This document shows positions 11,211 through 21,515 of a stretch of DNA of 64,000 nt, one piece after another. Position numbers and translations under genes: made by a program. Source of the DNA: a phage; sequence record PZ019084.1. One strand, 5' to 3'. Numbering within the stretch: the stretch's first letter is position 1; each line of letters opens with the position of its first letter. Below the pieces are notes generated by a model. It made no database searches and had not been told where the DNA came from. It worked only from the letters and a program-made list of their open reading frames with translations.

Positions 11211-12380
11211 TTAAAAATATTTTTTAAAACTCATCATAACTTTATCATCAACATCATTATCAATCTGTGCTACAAGATAAGATGATAGTTCTACTTCTTG
11301 TGGCGCGGATTGAACATTATCAGAATTAAGATATTCACGAATCCAAGGATACGGGTGTTTAACCGGAGCATCGGTAATTGGGCATGGAAGACCGCACTGT
11401 TTCATACGAGATACAGTTAAGTAATCAATAAAGCTCCACATGCTATTTGTATTTAATCCAGGAACATCGCCATCTTTAAATAAATGAACTGCCCAGTCTT
11501 TTTCTTGACGGTTAACTTCCATGAAAATATCAACTGCTTCTTGTTCACACTCTTGGGCAATTTTAACCCATTCATCGCCATCAGTGCCAAGTTGAAGTTG
11601 ACGAATAATATATTGAGTGCCTTTAAGGTGAAGCTGTTCATCACGAGCAATGAACTTCATAATCTTGGCATTACCTTCCATGATTTCCATGTTTTTATGG
11701 AAGTTAAAGGTACATGCGAAAGATACATAAAAACGAATAGCTTCCAATGCGTTGATTACATGAAGGCAAAGATAAAGAGATTTCATTAATGCTCGTTTAG
11801 TACATTCAACAACTTTGCCTAACTCTTCTTTACGAAATCCTTCTGATAAAATTCCTTCATAATCTTCAACCGCATTCTGATATTCACGAGTCTTAACTAG
11901 AACATCATCATAATAGCGACCAATGGACTCGGCACGTTTCATAATAGCTTTATCTAATACAATCTCATCAAACACCTTTGACGGATCAGTATAAAGATTT
12001 CGCATAATATGAGTGTATGAACGACTGTGAATAGTTTCACTAAAAGTCCATGTAGCAACCCATGTATCAAGGCTTGGGTCTGAAATTAATGACATAAGTA
12101 CAGCAGACGGTGCACGACCCTGAATGCTATCCAAAAGTGATTGATACTTCAGGTTATTAGTAAAAATATCTTGCTGATACTGAGGAAGCTTGTTAAATTG
12201 TGCAGCATCCATCATTAAGTTTACTTCTTCAGGACGCCAGAAAAATGACAACTGCTTTTCAGTTAAATCTTCAAAAACTTTATGGCGTTGAATATCATAA
12301 CGCGCAATACCAAGACCTGAACCGAAGAACATAGGTTCTTTTAAAACATCAACTGGATTTGTATTAAAAACTGTAGACAT
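11211..12380 (-). CDS. nrdB: ribonucleotide reductase small subunit, no intron
   Basis: 389-aa continuous ORF; T4 NrdB is 388 aa but interrupted by a group I intron there. Confidence 0.9.
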   Translation of the reverse strand: MSTVFNTNPVDVLKEPMFFGSGLGIARYDIQRHKVFEDLTEKQLSFFWRPEEVNLMMDAAQFNKLPQYQQDIFTNNLKYQSLLDSIQGRAPSAVLMSLISDPSLDTWVATWTFSETIHSRSYTHIMRNLYTDPSKVFDEIVLDKAIMKRAESIGRYYDDVLVKTREYQNAVEDYEGILSEGFRKEELGKVVECTKRALMKSLYLCLHVINALEAIRFYVSFACTFNFHKNMEIMEGNAKIMKFIARDEQLHLKGTQYIIRQLQLGTDGDEWVKIAQECEQEAVDIFMEVNRQEKDWAVHLFKDGDVPGLNTNSMWSFIDYLTVSRMKQCGLPCPITDAPVKHPYPWIREYLNSDNVQSAPQEVELSSYLVAQIDNDVDDKVMMSFKKYF

Positions 12381-12414
12381 ATTATTCTCGCTTATTATAG
12401 GTTTAAATATTTAA

Positions 12415-13206
12415 TCACATATTATGTATAAGCACTTCAGTCTGAAATGATGCACCTTTCTTTTGCTTCCTGTACATGGTTTCAAAATATTCGATTTTGA
12501 AATTATTAGAAAGGGCCCAATCTTTTAGAATATAATTATTAATATCGTCTGATAGATTATTAGTGATAATAAATTTAGACTTTGAGCGTTTAATTTTATC
12601 TAATAATTCTAATTCATCCTTTTCTTCCCATCCTGAATATTTAAATTTAGTAGAAAGATATGGCGGGTCAATGAATAAATTTTTGTTTTCAAAATCTAAA
12701 TCTTTGAATGATTTATTACTAAATGTAAATCGGTGCTGTCTATTTTTAAATTCAGAAAATTTATCCTGTTGAGACTTATTAAAAGAAGTTCTAGAATACT
12801 TGGCTCTATTGGCGAAAGCCGCATTATAGTTACCATTACTAGAAAATCGGATTAACGAACTGAATGAAAATAAATGTAAAACATAAAGATATAGTCCATT
12901 TTTGGTTTTATCATACTCTTTTGACAGATTATAAAAGGGTGCTGAATCTTTGTCATTCAAATTGAAGTCTTCAATAATTTGAACTATATCATTGATTGAA
13001 GATACTTTCATCTTTTTATACATGTCTATAAGAGGAGTGTTAATATCATTACATATAACATCTCTCTGGCAATTCATAGAAAATCCAAGACCGCCACAAA
13101 AAGCATCCAAAACAGGCTTATCGTCAAAGCGGTTTGAAAATTGTCTAATAAATGGCATATACTTGTGCTTTGCACCCGGATATGTTATTGCAGGTAGGTC
13201 TTTCAT
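12415..13206 (-). CDS. Dam-family N6-adenine DNA methyltransferase
   Basis: 263 aa with FCGGLGFS (AdoMet motif I) and DPPY (motif IV); overall resemblance to T4 Dam by eye. Sits between nrdA and nrdB. Confidence 0.8.
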   Translation of the reverse strand: MKDLPAITYPGAKHKYMPFIRQFSNRFDDKPVLDAFCGGLGFSMNCQRDVICNDINTPLIDMYKKMKVSSINDIVQIIEDFNLNDKDSAPFYNLSKEYDKTKNGLYLYVLHLFSFSSLIRFSSNGNYNAAFANRAKYSRTSFNKSQQDKFSEFKNRQHRFTFSNKSFKDLDFENKNLFIDPPYLSTKFKYSGWEEKDELELLDKIKRSKSKFIITNNLSDDINNYILKDWALSNNFKIEYFETMYRKQKKGASFQTEVLIHNM

Positions 13207-13250
13207 GTTATTTCTCGTTTGTTAGTGACTCGTCCGTGAGTCAAATTATA

Positions 13251-15515
13251 TCATAATTTACAGGATGAACAATCTTCAGCTTTTGGAGTTTCTATTTCAT
13301 AATCATCAGTACCGGAACCATCACGAGTATTATGATAATAGAAGTTTTTAATGCCATAATACCATCCGTATAGCATGTCATCAATCATTACAGACATTGG
13401 AACCTTTCCTTTTGGAAAAATCTGCGGGTCATAATATGTATTAGCTGAAGCTGATTGACATACCCATTTCAGCATAATAGCTACCTGCGTAAGATAAGGT
13501 TTATTGCCTTTCTTAGCTAATTTCCACGTATAATCATAGAGGTCTATGTTATGCTCAATATTGGGCACGACTTGATTAAAGGAACCCTCTTTTGATTCTT
13601 TAACAGAGACTGGTCCACGTGGAGGCTCGATACCGTTTGTACTGTTAGAAACTTGGGAAGATGACTCACATGGCATAAGTGCTGATAATGTGCTATTACG
13701 GATGCCAAAGAGCTTAAGGTCTTCCCGCAGCGACGACCAGTCACAAACGTATTTTGGAGCTGCGATTTGGTCAATCTTTTTATTGTACCAGTCGATAGGT
13801 AATTCGCCTCGAGACCAACGAGTGTCTGAATAATATTCGCAAGGTCCTTTTTCTTTGGCGAGCTTAATGGATGCTTTAATGAGTCCATACTGTAATCTCT
13901 CAAATAGTTCATGTGTTAAATCGTTAGCATCTTCATAAGAAGCAAAATTACTTGCCAACCAAGCTGCATAGTTAGTAACACCTACACCGAGATTTCGACG
14001 CTTTTTAGCTTTTTCTGCTTCAGGAACTGGATATCCTTGGTAATCCAAAAGATTATCAAGAGCACGAACTTGGACTTCTGCCAATTCGTTAATTTTATCT
14101 TGGTCTTGCCAATCGAAGTTATCTAACACAAATGCAGATAACGTACACAATCCAATTTCAGCATCAGGACTATTCACGTCATTTGTTGGAATAGCAATTT
14201 CACAACACAAGTTACTCTGACGAATAGGTGCCTTTTCACGAATAAATGGAGTATAGTTATTCGTATTATCAATGAACTGTACATAAATCCTTGCTGTTCC
14301 TGATCGTTCAGTCATGAGCAATTCAAACAGTTCACGGGCTTTAATGCGCTTTTTACGAATATTAGGGTCTTTTTCTGCGGCTTCGTACAATTCACGGAAA
14401 CGGTCTTGGTCTTTAAAATAAGAATAATAAAGTTCGCCACCCATTTCATGTGGACTGAACAGAGTAATGTAGTCGTTCTTTCCAAAACGTTCCATCATCA
14501 AATCATTCAGCTGGACGCCATAATCCATATGACGGATACGGTTTTCTTCTACACCTTTGTTATTTTTCAAAACGAGAAGATTTTCAACTTCCAAATGCCA
14601 AATAGGATAATAAGCAGTAGCAGCGCCGCCACGAATTCCGCCTTGTGAACATGATTTAACAGCAGTCTGAAAATGTTTCCAAAAAGGAATAACACCAGTA
14701 TGACGCACTTCACCTGTGCCAATCTTAGAACCTTCAGCACGAATCATACCAACGTTAATGCCAATTCCAGCGCGTTTGGAGATATATTCAACAATTGAAG
14801 CAGAAGCCTTATTGATAGACTTCAGCGAATCACCTGCTTCAATAACAACGCATGAACTAAACTGTCGAGTTGGAGTACGACAACCAGCCATAATAGGAGT
14901 TGGTAATGAAATCTGTCGAGTAGATACCGCTTCATAAAAACGAATAACGTGTTTTAGTCTATCAACAGGTTCATCTTGATGCAGTGCCATTCCAATAGTC
15001 ATAAATGCAAACTGTGGAGTTTCATAAATTTGACCAGTGGTTTTATCTTTAACTAGATATTTTTCTTTTAATTGCATCGCCCCGGAATAAGTAAATTCCA
15101 TATCCCGCTCGTGCTTAATTTTTGATTCTAAAAATGTAATTTCTTCTGCTGAATATTTTGACAACAATTCAGGGTCATATTTACCTTCATTTACACAGTA
15201 AGAAATATGGTCAATAAATGAACGTGGTTCATATTGTCCGTAAACATGCTTACGAAGAGCAAACATTAAACAGCGAGCGGCTACGTATTGATAATCAGGC
15301 TCTTCAACTGAAATAGAATTCGCAGCAGCCTTAATTACAATGGTTTGAATGTCATCAGTTGTCATTCCATCACGGAGATATGATTTAATATTTTCATATA
15401 ATTCATAAGGATCTACAGATGTTCCTTCGGCTGCCCAAGATAAAACTTTAATAATTTTTTGCGGGTCAAAGCTCTGAGAAACACCACTACTTTTGATAAC
15501 ATTAATTAATTGCAT
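13251..15515 (-). CDS. nrdA: ribonucleotide reductase large subunit
   Basis: 754 aa, same as T4 NrdA; class I RNR features including the C-terminal Cys pair. Confidence 0.95.
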   Translation of the reverse strand: MQLINVIKSSGVSQSFDPQKIIKVLSWAAEGTSVDPYELYENIKSYLRDGMTTDDIQTIVIKAAANSISVEEPDYQYVAARCLMFALRKHVYGQYEPRSFIDHISYCVNEGKYDPELLSKYSAEEITFLESKIKHERDMEFTYSGAMQLKEKYLVKDKTTGQIYETPQFAFMTIGMALHQDEPVDRLKHVIRFYEAVSTRQISLPTPIMAGCRTPTRQFSSCVVIEAGDSLKSINKASASIVEYISKRAGIGINVGMIRAEGSKIGTGEVRHTGVIPFWKHFQTAVKSCSQGGIRGGAATAYYPIWHLEVENLLVLKNNKGVEENRIRHMDYGVQLNDLMMERFGKNDYITLFSPHEMGGELYYSYFKDQDRFRELYEAAEKDPNIRKKRIKARELFELLMTERSGTARIYVQFIDNTNNYTPFIREKAPIRQSNLCCEIAIPTNDVNSPDAEIGLCTLSAFVLDNFDWQDQDKINELAEVQVRALDNLLDYQGYPVPEAEKAKKRRNLGVGVTNYAAWLASNFASYEDANDLTHELFERLQYGLIKASIKLAKEKGPCEYYSDTRWSRGELPIDWYNKKIDQIAAPKYVCDWSSLREDLKLFGIRNSTLSALMPCESSSQVSNSTNGIEPPRGPVSVKESKEGSFNQVVPNIEHNIDLYDYTWKLAKKGNKPYLTQVAIMLKWVCQSASANTYYDPQIFPKGKVPMSVMIDDMLYGWYYGIKNFYYHNTRDGSGTDDYEIETPKAEDCSSCKL

Positions 15516-15832
15516 AAGTCCTCAACTTGAAAATCGTCTTTAAACAATCGGTTAACTATATGAGCTATTATATCACCATGACACGGCTTTGGTTTACATG
15601 TGCATCCTAGCCTCATTCCACGTAAAGGCTCTAAATGTGCTTTAGTTATTTCTCCGGATTTAATTCGACGTATAAAATCTTTTTTGAATAATTCAATGGC
15701 AGCCTCCCGGCTGCCAGCATCTTTACCGACGTAATTTCCCCAAAATGTACCACGGTGAATATTAACATCAAAGTCGGATTTATATTTATTCACTACCTGG
15801 CATAGACGGCCCGCGCGGTAATAATTCTTCAT
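15506..15832 (-). CDS. hypothetical protein with CxC..PCHGD motif (nrdA.1-like position)
   Basis: 108-aa ORF; possible metal-binding motif [12 protein letters not shown]. Confidence 0.5.
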   Translation of the reverse strand: MKNYYRAGRLCQVVNKYKSDFDVNIHRGTFWGNYVGKDAGSREAAIELFKKDFIRRIKSGEITKAHLEPLRGMRLGCTCKPKPCHGDIIAHIVNRLFKDDFQVEDLCN

Positions 15833-16061
15833 ATTGTTGTTCCGTTAAAACAGTAATATCATAGTAGCAATCAGAAGAAGTTTTAACTGTGGAAATTTTA
15901 TTATCAAAATACTCACGAGTCATTTTATGAGTATAATACTTTTTACCATAAATGATAATAGGTTGTTCTGGTCCTGGAACTTCTAACTCGCTTGGATTAG
16001 GAAGTGTAAAAAGAACGACACCAGAAGTATCCTTAAATCGTAAAATCATATATCCTCTCAA
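15786..16061 (-). CDS. hypothetical protein (nrdA.2-like position)
   Basis: 91-aa ORF overlapping the next ORF by 47 nt in another frame. Confidence 0.45.
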   Translation of the reverse strand: MRGYMILRFKDTSGVVLFTLPNPSELEVPGPEQPIIIYGKKYYTHKMTREYFDNKISTVKTSSDCYYDITVLTEQQYEELLPRGPSMPGSE

Positions 16062-16072
16062 TTAAATTAAAA

Positions 16073-16933
16073 TTACACCGCCATCTTTCCTTTCAAGACA
16101 CCGTGGGACTGATAATCTTTGAGAACGAAATCCCGTGCTGTCATATATTCAGTTAACCAATACATTTGAGTTTCAGTATCGCATTGACTGAATCCATTAG
16201 GCCAATTAATACTAAGTTTGCATAGATCCATAGGAGTTCTATTTAATATCTCTTTGCATTGCTCAATATGGTTAGAATAAATGTGTGTATTACCACCCGA
16301 GAATACCAAATCGCCCGGAACTAGTTCACACATGTCAGCAACAATATGTAAAAGAGCAGCATAACTCGCGATGTTAAATGGAAGACCGAGGAAAACATCT
16401 ACCGAACGTTGATACCATTGTAGGTCAAGGTATCCGTTACGCACATTAAACTGATAGAACATATGACAAGGTGGTAATGCCATCTGCTTGAGTTCAGCTG
16501 GATTCCATGCCGACACAATTTGACGTCTATCATTGGGAAATGTTTTAATACGATTAACAACTTCTACAATTTGATCTACACCACCAAAATCACGCCACTG
16601 TTTTCCGTAAATTGGACCAAGTTCACCACTATGATAACCTAAGTCTTTGGCCTGGTTTTCGTAGTTTTCATCCCAAATTGTTTTTCCTGCAATTAAAGAC
16701 CCATGAGTACGTTGACGTAAATCATTTACGTTAGTACTTCCTGATAAGAACCACAATAACTCAGAAATACATGCATTCCAGGCGAGCTTCTTAGTCGTTA
16801 CTGCAGGAAAACCTTTAGTTAAATCCCAGCGTAATTTAGTACCGAACAAAGCAATTGTTCCTGTGCCTGTTCGGTCATCAGTTTCATAGCCATTTTCAAA
16901 AATGTCTTTAATTAAATCTTGGTATTGTTTCAT
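16073..16933 (-). CDS. td: thymidylate synthase, no intron
   Basis: 286-aa continuous ORF with classic ThyA motifs; T4 td carries a group I intron, absent here. Confidence 0.95.
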   Translation of the reverse strand: MKQYQDLIKDIFENGYETDDRTGTGTIALFGTKLRWDLTKGFPAVTTKKLAWNACISELLWFLSGSTNVNDLRQRTHGSLIAGKTIWDENYENQAKDLGYHSGELGPIYGKQWRDFGGVDQIVEVVNRIKTFPNDRRQIVSAWNPAELKQMALPPCHMFYQFNVRNGYLDLQWYQRSVDVFLGLPFNIASYAALLHIVADMCELVPGDLVFSGGNTHIYSNHIEQCKEILNRTPMDLCKLSINWPNGFSQCDTETQMYWLTEYMTARDFVLKDYQSHGVLKGKMAV

Positions 16934-16977
16934 TTAGTACCTTATATAAATTATAATACATTTTATGAAGCTAATAA

Positions 16978-17325
16978 TCAATACGGTTTAGCATCAAATT
17001 TTCTTTCGATTTCAGGAGTAAAATATAATTCTTTACCACGTTTGGAAAAACGACCAATAATATGATAATTATTCTCATCAAACGTGATATTGCCGATATC
17101 CATAGCTTTCAACCAAATATCGATATTTCTGTCAAGCTTTATATCAAAATTCCAATACGGAGAACTGTTACCAAAAATACTGCAAGCGGATTCAGTGAAA
17201 CAACTGCTATAAATTTTGTCTTTAGGAACTACTAATTGATAGACGCCTTTAATAAACTGAGGACCCTGCCATTTTGGTTGTTTTGCGTCTTTTTCTAATA
17301 GAATAGGATAATAATTAAAGTTCAT
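16978..17325 (-). CDS. hypothetical protein inserted between frd and td
   Basis: 115-aa ORF occupying a spacer that I recall as a direct frd-td junction in T4. Confidence 0.5.
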   Translation of the reverse strand: MNFNYYPILLEKDAKQPKWQGPQFIKGVYQLVVPKDKIYSSCFTESACSIFGNSSPYWNFDIKLDRNIDIWLKAMDIGNITFDENNYHIIGRFSKRGKELYFTPEIERKFDAKPY

Positions 17326-17344
17326 ATTTCCGCCACGCGTTATT

Positions 17345-18171
<827 letters not shown>

Positions 18172-18181
18172 ATTATTTTCC

Positions 18182-18424
18182 TTAAACAGACTTTTTCACA
18201 ATTTTCCAATCAGCTTTAAACTGATCAACGTCAGAATGATAAATCCAGAATCCTGCGCTTTCTCCATCCTCATAAAGAGGGCATCCATCGCATTCATCTT
18301 CCCATCCCATATCACGCAAAAGACGTTCAGCTTTTTCAACAAGTTCAGAATCTTTACCGATGATATTAAAATACCATTTACCTCTAACTTCTGAATCTTT
18401 AATGCTCTGACGTTGTAATCTCAT
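18182..18424 (-). CDS. hypothetical protein (frd.2-like)
   Basis: 80-aa ORF preceded by an early promoter. Confidence 0.5.
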   Translation of the reverse strand: MRLQRQSIKDSEVRGKWYFNIIGKDSELVEKAERLLRDMGWEDECDGCPLYEDGESAGFWIYHSDVDQFKADWKIVKKSV

Positions 18425-18449
18425 TTTATTCTCCTTAGTTTATAGGGTA

Positions 18450-18479
18450 ATAGTATCACACTACTACCCTTCTGTAAAC
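18450..18479 (-). promoter_or_regulatory. T4-type early promoter (GTTTAC-N18-TACTAT)
   Basis: Minus-strand motif match. Confidence 0.55.
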
Positions 18480-18844
18480 TACTTTTTGAAAGTTTTTCGC
18501 AAAAGTTCAATGATTTCATCTACATTGTTTTCGTCTACAATGCAGTGAATTTTTGTTACGCCAGAAACCTTGTCTTCGATTTCATCTTCTTCAGAAGTCG
18601 GTTCTTTATACTCACGAAAACAATGAAATTCATCTTCGCAGACGTTGAAGTAAAAATGCTTTCCATTGGCGCATTCTACGTGTTTTACTACTTTAAATCC
18701 ATCAGCAAAGAAAACTTCTTTAACTTCAAACCATCCGCCATTTTCTTGAATAGCTTTAACTATTAATGAATTAGAACGCGGGCGATAATTAATAAATGTA
18801 TCAATAAGTCTTGGAACAAGTTCGTACTTTTTATCAATATACAT
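18479..18844 (-). CDS. hypothetical protein (frd.3-like)
   Basis: 121-aa ORF. Confidence 0.5.
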   Translation of the reverse strand: MYIDKKYELVPRLIDTFINYRPRSNSLIVKAIQENGGWFEVKEVFFADGFKVVKHVECANGKHFYFNVCEDEFHCFREYKEPTSEEDEIEDKVSGVTKIHCIVDENNVDEIIELLRKTFKK

Positions 18845-18888
18845 TATGTTTTCCTCATTTTAATAGGGGCTTGATAGCCCCTCGATAA

Positions 18889-19140
18889 TTACTGTTCAAT
18901 CAATCCCATGTAAAATTCTGCATCTTCAGCATCCATACCATCACAGTATTCATTAGCCATAAATCGTTCAAGAACTTCTAAAGGACCTTCAATAACAATA
19001 GAAAAATTGCAATAATTGGGATCATCATGAATACTTGTGATACTAAGTTCAGGATAACGATTACGAATAATTTCTTCAATATATTCAAAATCAACGATGT
19101 CAATATCAACTTTAGCCATATTGTTTTCCTCTTTAATCAT
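18889..19140 (-). CDS. hypothetical acidic protein
   Basis: 83-aa ORF between an early promoter and a hairpin. Confidence 0.5.
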   Translation of the reverse strand: MIKEENNMAKVDIDIVDFEYIEEIIRNRYPELSITSIHDDPNYCNFSIVIEGPLEVLERFMANEYCDGMDAEDAEFYMGLIEQ

Positions 19141-19162
19141 CAGCAGTATTGCCGATAGTTGT

Positions 19163-19182
19163 ATAGTACCACAGTATGCTTT
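19163..19182 (-). promoter_or_regulatory. T4-type early promoter (GTTTAC-N18-TACTAT)
   Basis: Minus-strand motif match with the conserved leader element. Confidence 0.55.
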
Positions 19183-19205
19183 GGTTGTAAACCGTTTTGT
19201 GAAAA

Positions 19206-19241
19206 AAATTTTGAAATAAAAAGGGGACCTCTAGGGTCCCC
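19206..19241 (-). terminator. rho-independent terminator downstream of gene 32
   Basis: GGGGACC/GGUCCCC hairpin followed on the minus strand by a U-rich run. Confidence 0.65.
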
Positions 19242-19263
19242 AATTAATTAGTAATATAATCTA

Positions 19264-20172
19264 TTAAAGGTCATTCAAAAGGTCATCCAGGTCCGTGTCA
19301 TCAGCACTAGATGAACTGCCAGAGCTTGAGCTCATAAAATCATCTTCAGTTTTTGTTTTGAAGTCATCAACATTAAATGCATCCAAATCATCAGCAACTT
19401 TATCAGCTTTCTTAGCGGCAGTCGCTGCGGCACCACCCATAGCAGCAGTTCCCATAACTTGACTGAACTTAGTGCTCAATTCTTCAAACGATTTGAATTT
19501 ATCTTTAGAAGTCATTTCAGAAAGGTCAACCATTTGTTCGAACAGTTCTTTCTGGAAAGATTCATCATCAATGTTTGGAATCGCAGATTGATTCAGGAAT
19601 TTAGATTCGTCGTAGTTACTAAAACCAGAAACTTGTTTAACTTTCAGTACAAAGTTAGCACCTTCCCACGGACAAGTTACATCAACCGGAGTTTCACCCA
19701 TTTCAACATCAACTGCAATCATTGCATTGATTTTGTCCCAGATTTTCTTGCCGAAACGGTATTTAAATACTTTACCTTCATTTTCTGGAGCAGCTGGGTC
19801 TTTTACAACAAGAATGTTAGCCCAGTAAGAAGTTTTACGTTTAACAAGACCGTATTCTTTATTGTCAGTGTTGTACAAATCATTTTTATTGATGTACTGA
19901 CATACTGGGCAAGAATCGTAATCACCGTGGGTAGATGAACAGTTTTCAATATACCATTTACCGTTTTTCTTGAAACCGTGATTTACAAGAATTGCGAATG
20001 GTGCTTGTTCATCATTTTTAGACGGAAGAAAACGAATTACTGCTTGACCGTTACCCGCATTGTCGAGTTTCAGTTTCCACTCGCCTTTATCTTCAGAAGA
20101 AAAACCACCTTTATTTCCAGCCAGTTTAGCCATTTGTGCAGCGAGTTCAGCAGTAGATTTACGTTTAAACAT
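19264..20172 (-). CDS. 32: gp32 single-stranded DNA-binding protein
   Basis: 302-aa ORF; [50 protein letters not shown]... matches T4 gp32 from memory; acidic C-terminal tail. Confidence 0.95.
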   Translation of the reverse strand: MFKRKSTAELAAQMAKLAGNKGGFSSEDKGEWKLKLDNAGNGQAVIRFLPSKNDEQAPFAILVNHGFKKNGKWYIENCSSTHGDYDSCPVCQYINKNDLYNTDNKEYGLVKRKTSYWANILVVKDPAAPENEGKVFKYRFGKKIWDKINAMIAVDVEMGETPVDVTCPWEGANFVLKVKQVSGFSNYDESKFLNQSAIPNIDDESFQKELFEQMVDLSEMTSKDKFKSFEELSTKFSQVMGTAAMGGAAATAAKKADKVADDLDAFNVDDFKTKTEDDFMSSSSGSSSSADDTDLDDLLNDL

Positions 20173-20271
20173 TTTTATTTCCTTTTTAATTTAATTAACA
20201 GTTGGTGCTATGACGATGTATGACCTCATAGCTGGTCAGTGAGATAATTATAATCTATTTATAATAAGCAA

Positions 20272-20925
20272 TTAATACTTACAAGATTTCACAGTTTCAA
20301 TGAAAACATTTTTAGCTTTTTGTGAATCAATATTTAAAATTTTTCTATAAGCCTTTAACTTTATAGAATAATTATTCCAGACTAAATTATCAGTCTGTTC
20401 ATCATGTTTATCAATTATATTTAAAAACGAATCAAGCAAGATAAACGTCTCAAACGAAATTATATTCGATTGAAGTAGTTTAAAAATATAACTTGATTGA
20501 ACTTTTGGATTATATTCAAAAATTTCTTTAAAAGCAGAAACTTCAACTTTTTTACTAAAATAATAAATGTTGCGAATATCTTCTTCAAACTTAAATTTAA
20601 TTTGCTTTAAGCGTCCGATATATTCACGATAAAACACAAGTGCATCAGCGTCAGAGATGTCACCAATCCAAGCATCTTGGTTAGCAACCAGATTGCTTAT
20701 AAAGATTAAAGCAAGTTCCTTTAATTTATATTTTTCTGATAACTTCTGGAAAAAATACTTATCCCTTCGCTTTTGATAAGCGGCATCAGACACCCGCATG
20801 CACCAATTATACTTAATTACATCATACTTTCCATTCATATGTTGTTTTATCATTAAGTATAATTTATAAACTGATTTACCATCAATGTATCTTTCACCAC
20901 CAGCAGGCATGCGGAGTTTAATCAT
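20272..20925 (-). CDS. 59: gp59 helicase loader
   Basis: 217 aa, same as T4 gp59; sequence recognised. Confidence 0.9.
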   Translation of the reverse strand: MIKLRMPAGGERYIDGKSVYKLYLMIKQHMNGKYDVIKYNWCMRVSDAAYQKRRDKYFFQKLSEKYKLKELALIFISNLVANQDAWIGDISDADALVFYREYIGRLKQIKFKFEEDIRNIYYFSKKVEVSAFKEIFEYNPKVQSSYIFKLLQSNIISFETFILLDSFLNIIDKHDEQTDNLVWNNYSIKLKAYRKILNIDSQKAKNVFIETVKSCKY

Positions 20926-21260
20926 AATAGAAAATCTAATGTATTAGTTTTTTCACAACGAACAACAGAAGGACGTAAAAGATTTTCGTCGATAGCTTCT
21001 GACTGAATTTTTTCAATTATACCCGAAGGAATAAATTTAGCAAATTGAGTTTCAGGAATAGAATTTTCTTCTAAGAATGCTGTTGTAGCTTCAAGATAAC
21101 TCATTCCAAACTCTTCTACCATTTTTTCAATAATAAATCCATTTTCTTGACGGTCAAGAAGCTTTGCTATTTCATCCTTTTCTTTCTTAATTGAAAGTTC
21201 TTTTTCTGAAAGACCGGTCTCATCGACCGGACGAATATCATTTAGAGAAAACTGTGTCAT
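20922..21260 (-). CDS. 33: gp33 late-transcription co-activator
   Basis: 112 aa from MTQFSLNDIRPV; acidic C-terminus. Confidence 0.85.
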   Translation of the reverse strand: MTQFSLNDIRPVDETGLSEKELSIKKEKDEIAKLLDRQENGFIIEKMVEEFGMSYLEATTAFLEENSIPETQFAKFIPSGIIEKIQSEAIDENLLRPSVVRCEKTNTLDFLL

Positions 21261-21507
21261 AAAGTTCAACTACCTCTTCAGTTTCAGCTTCAAACACATC
21301 ACGGTTATCTTTATGATACAAAGCTAACAGACGATTAAACATCTTACCATCAACGCCAAGTTCATCTTTGGCACGAATTCGAATATCTTTAATCAATTCA
21401 TTATAACCAGAAATTTTCAGTTTATGGTCAGATGCTTCTTTAATAAATTTAGCTAAGTCTTCGCCATGGATAGCTTCATCAAATTCAACCATTTCTTTTT
21501 TAGCCAT
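21238..21507 (-). CDS. dsbA: DsbA double-stranded DNA-binding protein
   Basis: 89 aa, same as T4 DsbA, between rnh and 33. Confidence 0.85.
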   Translation of the reverse strand: MAKKEMVEFDEAIHGEDLAKFIKEASDHKLKISGYNELIKDIRIRAKDELGVDGKMFNRLLALYHKDNRDVFEAETEEVVELYDTVFSK

Positions 21508-21515
21508 TATTCACC

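Noticed and set aside
11211-16933. Group I introns or homing endonuclease genes in td and nrdB
   Set aside because: Both reading frames are continuous at T4-like protein lengths; no intron-sized interruption is present.
19459-19938. 159-aa plus-strand ORF antisense to gene 32, and similar antisense ORFs (for example 7338..7736, 14406..14937, 23953..24195, 29291..29893, 45035..46088, 50948..51862)
   Set aside because: They lie entirely within well-supported conserved genes on the opposite strand and have low-complexity, Phe/Ile-rich translations typical of AT-rich antisense frames.
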